DNA of 64,000 bases from Bacteroidia bacterium (GTDB taxonomy: Bacteria; Bacteroidota; Bacteroidia; B-17B0; Aurantibacillaceae), in the NCBI GenBank assembly GCA_014378485.1, contig JACMNO010000048.1, forward strand, positions 943-64,942. The letters are read 5' to 3'. How positions within the stretch are numbered: position 1 is the first letter of the stretch; every line of letters begins with the position of its first letter. Shown piece by piece: positions 40,097 through 50,200 of this stretch. Under the pieces are notes generated by a model. The model saw only the letters and a list, made by a program, of their open reading frames with translations. It was not told where the DNA came from and did not search any database. The position numbers and the translations under genes are program-made.

Positions 40097-40993
40097 TTAA
40101 TAATAATTAAACTTCATTTTTCCTTCACTCAATTCCAAATTCGGAAAAGGAATTTTGATCATGTTCAAGCAGGTAAAAACAGACTTTAAAATTTTTGATT
40201 TTGTTTTGACTCTTGTTAAATCAACATCCAATGAAAAATAACCCTGGCGGTAACGATTGAAATTAGTGACTTTTCCGCTTTCATCTTCAATAGCAATATT
40301 GTTGTATCGGGCTCCCAGCATACCATTGGCGCCATAACCAAAAGCTACGTTCAACCATTTCGGAAATCTTGTTTCTTTTTTCATGAAAGTGGAAGGATTA
40401 ATACTCAGCCAATAAATTTGCCCGTTATAATCTTTTAAGATCTGTGTCGCAAAGGATTCGCCTAAAAGATCTGTTCTGTATTTAGCGTAACCTGATGTGT
40501 AAAAAGAAAATTTTAATTGTATGCGTTGTTCTTTCCACAAAGCTTTTTGGCCCATTGCAAAACCGCTTCCGATTGCGTTTGCTCCCATATCTCCCCAGCT
40601 AAAGCCCCAGCCGGCACTATAGCCATCCATTATTTCAATGGCACTCATGTAAGCGAAACCGCTTAAACCTCCTACAAGTAGTTGATTTTTTTTTGAATAG
40701 CCAGCCCATTCCATAGCGTTCATCATTAAACGCCCGGTTTGATAGGTAGTGAACACATGGCCGCATTTATCCATCTGAAACCATTCTTCGTTATCATTGA
40801 AAGTGTGAAATTTAGAGGTGTTATATTGTTGATACCAAGCTTGATTTAAGTATATTAATGATCCTGCAGTGAGTGCTAAAGAAGAAATACCTAAAGTCAG
40901 TTTTCTTTTCTTCATTATAGACAGGGAGTCTGATGCAAAAGCCAGCTGGTTTACAGAAATTAATATGAGTATAAAAAATTTAAAACGTTGCAA
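40097..40993 (-). CDS. DUF2279-like lipoprotein/outer-membrane protein
   Basis: 298 aa with a signal peptide. F.TFNDNEEWFQMDKCGHVFTTY matches my recollection of the DUF2279 signature. It is Gly/aromatic rich. Confidence 0.55.
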   Translation of the reverse strand: MQRFKFFILILISVNQLAFASDSLSIMKKRKLTLGISSLALTAGSLIYLNQAWYQQYNTSKFHTFNDNEEWFQMDKCGHVFTTYQTGRLMMNAMEWAGYSKKNQLLVGGLSGFAYMSAIEIMDGYSAGWGFSWGDMGANAIGSGFAMGQKALWKEQRIQLKFSFYTSGYAKYRTDLLGESFATQILKDYNGQIYWLSINPSTFMKKETRFPKWLNVAFGYGANGMLGARYNNIAIEDESGKVTNFNRYRQGYFSLDVDLTRVKTKSKILKSVFTCLNMIKIPFPNLELSEGKMKFNYY

Positions 40994-41009
40994 GAAAATC
41001 CTTTTTAAA

Positions 41010-41972
41010 CTAATCTAAATTACTAATAAAATCAGTAATGGCATTGTTCACTTCGTTAGGATGTGTTTCCATTGGGCAATGTCCGGCATCTTCAATAATT
41101 AATGATTTTGTTTGTGGTTTTTTCAGATAATCAGCAGCGCTCATGATCGGTACCCATTTATCCTGGTTACCCCAAATAATCAGTTTCTGTGTTGAATCGA
41201 TGATCGAATCATTAATGTAACTATAACTGTAATTTGATCCCATTCTAAGAATGGCTGATCCACTTCCTTTTATTTCAAATGGTTTCATATAGCCATACGA
41301 ACTTTCAGCATCAGCATCCCGTCCATAAGCAGAGGTTAATAGTTTTGAAAAGGATTTTTGATTCAAAAAATAATTTTCCAATATGAGATCTGACCATTTT
41401 AATAAAGGAGGGTACAGTATTAATTTCTGAAAAAATGAATGTGGTGTTTGAGTAAATGGCAACCCGTCAATAAAAATAAGTGATTTAGTTTGCTCATTAT
41501 AAGTACTTGCATATTGACCAATAATAATTCCTCCCATACTATGGCCTATTAAATTCCACTTTATAGAGTTGGTTAATTTGTCTATGTGTTGTAATAAGAA
41601 ATGAATAGCATTTATTTTATTACTATCTGTGTAATCAGCATGTTCTGATTTATCACTATAACCAAAAGCCGGCATATCGATAGCAACAACCAATGTATTA
41701 TTGTTGACTAAAGAACTATAATTATTCCGGAAAGAAAAAGTACTTCCGCTAAAACCATGAACTAATAATGCTTTATGTTTAATATGTTTCGGAACAAAAA
41801 TCCTGAAATGAAATCTTGTATGATTGAATTCAAAGAATACAGAATTTTCATAAGGCTTCAATGGAGCTTCTTTCAGATGATTGCTGAAAAAATAAGGAAT
41901 GACACTCAGAATAATAAAAACGGAAATTAAAATAATAAATAACCATTTTAAAAAGCGCTTAATGGTTTTCAT
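41010..41972 (-). CDS. Alpha/beta hydrolase
   Basis: 320 aa with an N-terminal TM helix, HGFSGS, the nucleophile elbow GHSMGG and a C-terminal GHCP. Confidence 0.85.
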   Translation of the reverse strand: MKTIKRFLKWLFIILISVFIILSVIPYFFSNHLKEAPLKPYENSVFFEFNHTRFHFRIFVPKHIKHKALLVHGFSGSTFSFRNNYSSLVNNNTLVVAIDMPAFGYSDKSEHADYTDSNKINAIHFLLQHIDKLTNSIKWNLIGHSMGGIIIGQYASTYNEQTKSLIFIDGLPFTQTPHSFFQKLILYPPLLKWSDLILENYFLNQKSFSKLLTSAYGRDADAESSYGYMKPFEIKGSGSAILRMGSNYSYSYINDSIIDSTQKLIIWGNQDKWVPIMSAADYLKKPQTKSLIIEDAGHCPMETHPNEVNNAITDFISNLD

Positions 41973-41978
41973 ATAAGA

Positions 41979-43307
41979 TTAAACCAGATCTTTTACGAGG
42001 GTATTTCCTTTACTGGTATTTAATACATTATCCATGTCTTTCATTAACTGGTTAACAATGGCTAATTCCTCACTGTTTTCAATTGGTAATTCATTGACAC
42101 CCCTTTCGTCAAGTTTGTCAATGATGTATTTAACGGTTATTTTTGATTCTGAAATACCTGGTTGATATCCCATTTCTTTATCAACTGCTGTTTTGACTTC
42201 GCTAAATATGCCGGATTCTGTAAATTCAAAAATAATAGATCTCGCCAAACGAACAGGTAGGTCTAATTTTTTAGCGATCTGCATAGCGGTTAATACGGGC
42301 TTACCTTCATTGAAATTTTTAACTACATAATTTGCAATCAGCAAAGCAATAACACGCTTGTAGCGGTCACTAATATTGGTAATATCATTTTCCAGTTCAT
42401 AATGATCTACATTCTGGCTGGCAAAAGAAAGTTCGGAGCCAAAGAGCATAATGTACCATGAGTATTGAACCCAGATCAAAAATAAAGGTAAGGCAGCGAA
42501 ACTTCCGTAAATGGCATTATACTGTGCCACTCCAACTTGCGATGCAACATATGCCCATTGTAAAAGTTCAAACAAAAGTGCTGCAACAAAAGCACCTTTA
42601 GCGGCGGCTATAAAAGTTACTTTTGTATTTGGTAATGCAATGTAAATGAAAACAAAAATTCCCCAAATTAATCCAAATGCTAATAATTTTAAAAGAATTG
42701 CACTTACAGGGTCAAATGAAACGTAGCTAGAAGAAACTGCTTCAATACTGGTTTTTATGCCAAGTGTTATTGTACCAGATAAAATCAGGAATATGGGGGC
42801 AATCAACATAATGGATAAGTAATCTGTTATTTTTCTTACCCAGGTTCTGTCGCGTTTAATTGCCCAAATTTCATTAAAACTATCCTCAATGCTACTTAAT
42901 AGCTTCATTACGGACCATAATAACAAGATTACCCCGATACCTGCAATTAAACCGCCATGAGTATTTGCCAGCATTTTATCCGCATAATCGAATGCCTGCA
43001 TTAAAACATCCTGTTGATCCCCAAATTTTGAAAGAATTTGAACTTTTAAGTCTTCCTGGTACCCAAAACCTTTGGCGATAGCAAACGCCAGGGCAATAAC
43101 CGGAACGATAGAAAAAAGAGTATAATAGGTGAGTGCTGAGGCTTTCAATATACATTGGTGTTCTTTATAGCCTTTGAATGCCAACATCAAAATCCGCAAT
43201 TGTTTCAATAAAAAGCCTTGTTTTTTATCAAGCTTGTCAATTCTTAAACTCCATAATTTGTTGTTTAAAAAGTTCGATATTTTTTTGTAGAGGATGACCG
43301 CTTTCAT
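41979..43307 (-). CDS. YihY/BrkB family membrane protein with C-terminal cytoplasmic extension
   Basis: 442 aa with six predicted TM helices. ASALTYYTLFSIVPVIAL...YGSFAALPLFLIWVQYSWYIMLFGSE is the YihY signature. Confidence 0.8.
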   Translation of the reverse strand: MKAVILYKKISNFLNNKLWSLRIDKLDKKQGFLLKQLRILMLAFKGYKEHQCILKASALTYYTLFSIVPVIALAFAIAKGFGYQEDLKVQILSKFGDQQDVLMQAFDYADKMLANTHGGLIAGIGVILLLWSVMKLLSSIEDSFNEIWAIKRDRTWVRKITDYLSIMLIAPIFLILSGTITLGIKTSIEAVSSSYVSFDPVSAILLKLLAFGLIWGIFVFIYIALPNTKVTFIAAAKGAFVAALLFELLQWAYVASQVGVAQYNAIYGSFAALPLFLIWVQYSWYIMLFGSELSFASQNVDHYELENDITNISDRYKRVIALLIANYVVKNFNEGKPVLTAMQIAKKLDLPVRLARSIIFEFTESGIFSEVKTAVDKEMGYQPGISESKITVKYIIDKLDERGVNELPIENSEELAIVNQLMKDMDNVLNTSKGNTLVKDLV

Positions 43308-43333
43308 ATTAAAGTAAAGATAAACAAATCTAT

Positions 43334-44218
43334 TTATTTTTTGTTTAAATCATCTCTTAATTGTTGGGATGTCTTTCGGCTTCCATCATGGCTCCATCCG
43401 GGAGGCCCGAATATATAAAGGAATTTATGTTTCAGGGAAATTTGTTTTTTAAGATCCGTAAAAATTGCCTGCCATTCATGGAAAACCATTGTAACCGGAT
43501 TGTAAGATTTTAGATTTGTTGTTAAACCATATACCACTTCATCTTCTTCTTTAGCAAACGTTCCAAATACTCTATCCCAGATAATAAAGATCATTCCCAT
43601 GTTCTTATCCAGGTATTTTACATTACTGGCATGATGTACACGGTGATGAGAAGGTGTTGAAAGAAACCATTCCAGGATTCCCAGATTACCAACTGTTTTA
43701 GTGTGAATCAGGATGCCATAGATTTGCGTTGCAGCATACATGAACATCACATCCAATGGATCAAAACCAAAAAGGGATAAAGGAATAAAATATATAAAGC
43801 GGTAAAGTGGCTGAAATACGGAGGATCGAAAACCAACAGTTAAATTAAATTCTTCTGACGAATGATGAGTCACATGTACCGCCCAAAAAAAACGACAATA
43901 ATGATCGACTCTATGCATCCAGTAAAAGAGGAAATCTTCTGCTAATAATAAAGCAGTCCAATAAATAATTGGATGTATTGTTTTATCAATACCCACAAAT
44001 TCAAAGCGCTGAAAATACCAAAGTACTCCTAAACAAATACCCCTGACTAAAATATCCAGAGAAAAGTTAAGGGTTGTCAAATAAATATTAGACAACAATC
44101 CTTTTGTGGAATAGTATTTTTTTTCATGCCAATAACTATATAAAATTTCTATTCCTATGACAAGCGCATAAATTGGAATAGATAATTTAATAAGAAGTGC
44201 TTCTCTAAATTCGTTCAT
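43334..44218 (-). CDS. Sterol desaturase / fatty acid hydroxylase superfamily protein
   Basis: 294 aa with histidine boxes HRVDH, HVTHH and HHRVHH in a multi-TM protein. Confidence 0.85.
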   Translation of the reverse strand: MNEFREALLIKLSIPIYALVIGIEILYSYWHEKKYYSTKGLLSNIYLTTLNFSLDILVRGICLGVLWYFQRFEFVGIDKTIHPIIYWTALLLAEDFLFYWMHRVDHYCRFFWAVHVTHHSSEEFNLTVGFRSSVFQPLYRFIYFIPLSLFGFDPLDVMFMYAATQIYGILIHTKTVGNLGILEWFLSTPSHHRVHHASNVKYLDKNMGMIFIIWDRVFGTFAKEEDEVVYGLTTNLKSYNPVTMVFHEWQAIFTDLKKQISLKHKFLYIFGPPGWSHDGSRKTSQQLRDDLNKK

Positions 44219-44230
44219 AAGATGGAATTT

Positions 44231-47200
44231 TTAATCACGGAACAAATTTAAGAAACCTTTTTCAGTTGTTGAAGTACCAAGTTGATCGGTATAGTTAATA
44301 ATGTAAAAATAGGTCCCCGATGGTGCCCCACCATTTTTCGCATTACCATCCCAATAGCCGTTTAATCCATCCCATTCATACATTTTTAAACCCCAACGGT
44401 CATAAATACTGCAATTTAAACTTTTGATCCCGGTGGATGTGATTTTAAATAATTCATTACTTCCATCTCCGTTTGGTGTAAATACGTTTGGTATTGTGAT
44501 TGTCGCTTCTCTTACAATGGTGATACATTTAGTAGCAGAATTTGTACAAGAACTATTAGAAGCTAATAATGTAACACAGCAATTCCCGGTATCCTGATAA
44601 GTCATATTTATATTTTGTGAAGAAGACGTGCTTCCATCGCAAAGATTCCAGTTATAAATAATCGCATTTGCACTGGTATTGTTAAAATGAACAGTTGTTC
44701 CTACAACAACCATAATTCCTTCCTGAATAGTAAAGTCAGCAGAAGGAGTTAAATTTACCTGGATAGTTCCAGGCACAGTGTAGGTTGAGGAACAACCTAA
44801 AGTATTTGTGCATGTTGCTGTTACAGTATAATTTCCACTATTTGCAAAACAATGAACTGGGTTATTAGTATTGCCTGTCGTGCCATCGCCATAATTATAC
44901 AATATTGTTGAACAGGAAGCACTCGTGATATCTAAAAAGTTTGTACAAAGTGGAGCACAACCTAAAGTGTTCAATGCATTAACAGTTAATGTTGGTGATT
45001 GTGAAACGGTGACGGTACTTGTTGAGGATGAACTGCAAATTCCGTTTGAGCCTAATACAGAATAGGTGGTTGTATTAACGGGAGAAGTATTGATTGAAGG
45101 AGTTGTTTCAAATGTGGTCCAGCTAAAGCTGCCTGCTCCTATTGCTGTTAAGGTGGCAGACTGACCAGCGCAAATAGTAGGGCTGTTGACGCTGATGGTT
45201 GGAGTTGCTGTGACATTCACTGATGTTGTTGTTAGACTTGTATTGATGCATCCGCTGCTATTTGTTCCTGAAACAGTATAGAAAGCTGTAGTGCCAGGAC
45301 TTACTATTAATGGATTCGAATTACTTCCGCTTGACCAGGTATATGTATTAGCTCCTGTAGCGTTAAGTGTGGCGGATTGTCCGGAACAAATATTCGAGGA
45401 AGTAACACTTAATGTTGGTGCCGAATTAACAGTTACAGTGGCAGTATTGAAACCGTTACAGCTTCCGTTTGAACCGGTGATGGTATATACTGTGATAGAA
45501 ACCGGAGATACATTTAAAGTGTTGGTATTAGCTCCCGTATCCCATGTGTATGATGTTGCTCCATTTGCCGTTAAAGAGGCAGTTTGGCCGGCACAAATAG
45601 TTGGACTATTAACTGAAATCGAAATACCTGTTCCAATGATAACTGATGGAGTTGCTTGAGCTGTACAACTTCCATTTGCACCTACAACTGTTACAAAGGT
45701 ATTGGTTAAAGGATTTATGGTATAGGTAGAGCCCGCAATACTTCCTGGATTCCAAGTGTAAGAAATTGCGCCGCTTACTGTTAAAGTAGCTGTTTGCCCC
45801 GCACAAGTTGTAACTGAGTTAGCCGTCAGGTTTGGAGTAGAGGTCACATTGACTGTTGCAGTTGTAGATGCAGAACAAGTACCATCGGATCCTGTAATTG
45901 TATAAATAGAAGTTGATGATGGATTTACTGAAATGCTTGATGTTGTTGCTCCGCCCGGAGACCATGTATAATTCAGTGCTCCGGAAACAGTTAATGTAGT
46001 TGAGTTTCCAGCACATATACTTGCGTTTGTCACGGAGAGTGTAGGCTGATTAATCACACTTACTGTTGCTGTATTTATGCCTGAGCACGAACCTGAAACT
46101 CCGGAAACAGTATAAATCTGGGTAGATGCTGGGGTTACATTCAATGTATTGGTGTTTGCACCGGTATCCCAGGTATAAGAGGCGGCACCGCTAGCCGTTA
46201 AATTTGCTGTTTGTCCGGCACAAATAGTGGGACTATTAACCGTGATTGAAATGCCCGTTCCAATTGTTACCGATGCAGTAGTCTGAGATGTACAGGTTCC
46301 GTTTGCACCATCAACTGTTACAACGGTATTACCCGCAGGACTTATCGTGTAAGTATTTCCTATTACTCCACCTGGATTCCAATTATAGGAAGTGGCCCCA
46401 CTTACTATTAATGTAGCAGTTTGTGAAGGACAAATAGTTGTTGAATTAACCATTAATGTTGGAGTCGCCGTAACGCTTACTGTTGCTGTTGTTGTATTGG
46501 AACAAATTCCGTTTGAACCTGTAATTGTATATATAGTTGTAGTTGAAGGATTATCTGTGATACCGGATGTAGTTTGTCCACTAGGCATCCATGTATAGTT
46601 GGTTGCTCCACTTGCTGATAATGTTGCTGTACTTCCCGAACAGATTGAAGCGTTGGCCACTGTAACAGACGGAACAGAAACAACTGTCACAACAGCTGTA
46701 TTACTTCCACTGCAGGCACCGCTTGTTCCTAAAATAGTATATGTAGTCGTTAGAGCAGGAGATACATTTAACGTATTGGTGTTTGCTCCTGTATCCCATG
46801 TATAAGAAGTTGCTCCGCCTGCTGTTAAAGAAACCGTTTGCCCTGCACAAATAGTAGGATTATTGACACTGATTGAGATTCCTGAACCGATAGTAACAGA
46901 TACAGTAGCAGAAGCAGTACAACTCCCGTTCGCTCCCGTTACAGAAACGGTAGTATTTGAGGAAGGGCTTATTGTATAACTTGTTCCGGAAGTATTTCCC
47001 GGGGTCCATGTATAGGAAGCTGCGCCACTTACTGTTAAAGTCGCAGTCTGGCCTGGACAAATTGTTGCTGAATTAGCTGTTAGTGTAGGTGTATTGGTAA
47101 CGCTTACAGTTGCGACTGCAGAGTTAGTGCATATACCGTTAGACCCAGTTACTGTATAAGCAGCAGTAGAAGTTGGGTTAACAGAAATACTTGTTGTTGT

Positions 47201-50200
47201 TTGACTACCGGGTAACCAGGTATAACTAGTAGCTCCGGATGCTGTCAGGGTAGTTGAACTACCTGAACATAGTGTTGCATTAGCAACAGCTAAAGTTGGT
47301 GTTGCCGCTATTGAAACGGTTACTGTTTTTGAAGACGAGCATGAACCTAACGATCCGCTCACAGTATAAACGGTTTGCGAAGCAGGAGAAACAGAAATGG
47401 TATTTGTGTTTGGCCCTGTGCTCCAGGTATAAGTGGTTGCACCGCTTGCGGTTAATGTCACTGTCTGAGAAGGACAAATTGTTTGGTTACTGATTGCAAT
47501 AGTTGGACTAGGGCTTACAGTCACCGATCTGGTAATTTGAGAAGAACAACTTCCATTTGCACCTATTACAGCAACAGTTCCTGATGAAGCAGGGCTTATT
47601 GTAAATGTCGTTCCGGTTATGCCTCCCGGGTTCCAGGTATAGCTTGTTGCACCACTCACTGTAAAAGTGGCTACCTGTCCTGCACAAATTGTAGCAGAAT
47701 TGGCTGTTAATGTTGGAGTGGGGGTCACACTAACACTGGCCGTGGTTGAATTTGTACACGCTCCGTTAGAACCTGTAATTGTATAAATTGTATTAGAACC
47801 AGGGTTAACTGAAACAGTAGAAGTTAATTGTCCGCCTGGCATCCATGTATAATTTGTAGCACCGCTCGCTGTTAAAGTGGTTGAGTTACCTGAACAAATA
47901 CTAGTATTAGCAACAGCAACGGTAGGTTGTGAGCTAACTGTTACACTAACGGTTTGTGTATTTGAGCATAAAGCGCTTGTTCCTGTTACTGTATAAATAG
48001 TTGTGGAAGATGGGGACACAGAAATCGTATTGGTTGTTGGCCCAGTATTCCAGGAATAGGTTGTTGTACCACTGGCAGTTAATGTTATTGTTTGTGTCGG
48101 ACAAATCGTTTGGTTACTCACGGCAACTGTAGGATTAGGTGTTACAGTAACTGATCTCGTAATTTGTGAAGAACAATTTCCGTTCATTCCGGTTACGGAA
48201 ACAGTTCCTGATGAAGCAGGGCTTATTGTAAAGGTAGTCCCTGTTATGCCTCCCGGATTCCAAGTGTAGCTTGTCGCACCACTCACTGTAAAAGTGGCTA
48301 CCTGACCGGCACAAATTGTTGCAGAGTTCGCCGTTAATGTGGGAGTTGGCGTAATTGTGACGTTTGCAGTTGTTGAATTTGAACACGTTCCATTAGAACC
48401 TGTAATGGTATAAGTAGCATTTGAATTAGCAGAAATAGTAGATGTTGTTATATTTCCCGGCATCCATGTAAAACTTGTAGCAGTTCCCGAGGCTGTTAAT
48501 ACAGTTGATGTACCTGCACAAATTGTTGCACTTGGCACAGATACAGCAGGAAGAGCGACAACGGTAACTGTTGCTGTTGTACTATTAGTACACGCACCGT
48601 TAGAGCCGGTAATGGTATACGTGGTATTAGAGTTAGAAGAAATAGTGGATGTTGTTATACTTCCGGGCATCCAGGTAAAACTGGTGGAAGTTCCTGAGGC
48701 CGTTAATACTGTTGAGGTGCCCGAGCAAATAGTTGCGCTAGGTACTGATATGGTAGGGAGGGCGACAACCGTAACGCTTGCCGTTGTGCTATTAGTACAA
48801 GTGCCGTTAGAACCAGTAATGGTATATATTGTATTTGAATTAGCAGAAATAGTAGATGTTGTTATACTTCCGGGCATCCAGGTAAAACTTGTAGCAGTAC
48901 CTGAAGCAGTTAAAACGGTTGAAGTACCTGAACAAATTGTTGCATTCGGAACGGATACAACAGGAAGTGCAATTACAGTCACTGTTGAGATGGCGCTGTT
49001 AGTGCAAGTACCATTAGAGCCTGTAATGGTATAAGTTGTATTAGAATTAGCAGAAATAGTAGATGTCGTTATACTTCCGGGCATCCAGGTAAAACTTGTT
49101 GCAGAGCCGGAAGCAGTTAATACAGTTGAAGTTCCAGCGCAAATCGTAGCATTAGGCACAGTTACGGTTGGAAGATTATTAACGGTAACCTGAGTGGTTT
49201 TCGTTCCAACACAAGAGCTGCTACTTCCATTAATTGTATAAATAGTTGTGGAAGAAGGTGAAACAGAAAGTGTACTTGTTGTTGGCGATCCTGTTGTATT
49301 CCATGTGTATGAAGTAGCCGAAGTAGTTACTGTAAGAATAGTAGTCTGTCCCTGACAAATGGTTGGACTGTTTATTGAAAATGTCGGACCGGTTATCACA
49401 TTTATAAGTATTGGAACGCGATAAATACCCGGACAAGAACCCGCATAAACTGTATACGTGCCAGTTGCTGTATAAGTAGGCGTTGTATAAACTGTTCCTG
49501 AAGAAATGGCATTTCCACTTAAAGAATTATACCATTGAATGGTTGAAGTCGTATTTGTTGATGTTGCTGTTAGATTAGTGGACTGATTTGTACAAATTGT
49601 TTGATTAGGTGAAGCTGATAATGAAAAAGATGGAGTAATAACCTGGTTATTAGTTCCAACATCTCCGGAAGTGGCTCCGTTCATTGGAAATTCTGTATCA
49701 AAAGCAGTTGCGTTTGTTGTTCCATTTGCGCCGCCATTTACATTTTGAGTAAATCCTATATTGGTGGATGCAATGTATCCGCCGCCACCGCCGCCGCCGG
49801 GCCCTTGCCCTTCGCTATTGGTTGTCCCTGATTTAAGCTGGTTCCCACCGTTACCACCATTTGCATTTGCAATAATAGAAGATATTGCCCCGCTGCTTTG
49901 TAAAATAATAGTACCACCCGCACCTGCACCACCTGCGCCATCAATTCCCTGGGTTGGATTTGTAAAATTAGCCGTACCAAAAGCATTATTGCCATTTGCT
50001 CCATCTGAAGAAACTGAACCTGTTCCGGAAATTGTTCCGTAATTTAAAATATAGATTAAACCACCACCGGCACCGCCTGAACAAGCGTTAGCACCGTTTG
50101 ATTGACCTACAGACATATGACCGGCACCGCCGCCGCCGCCCATAAATAACTTACCTGTTGAATAATCTAAAGGGCGTCCGCCGAACCCCCCATGCCAGGG

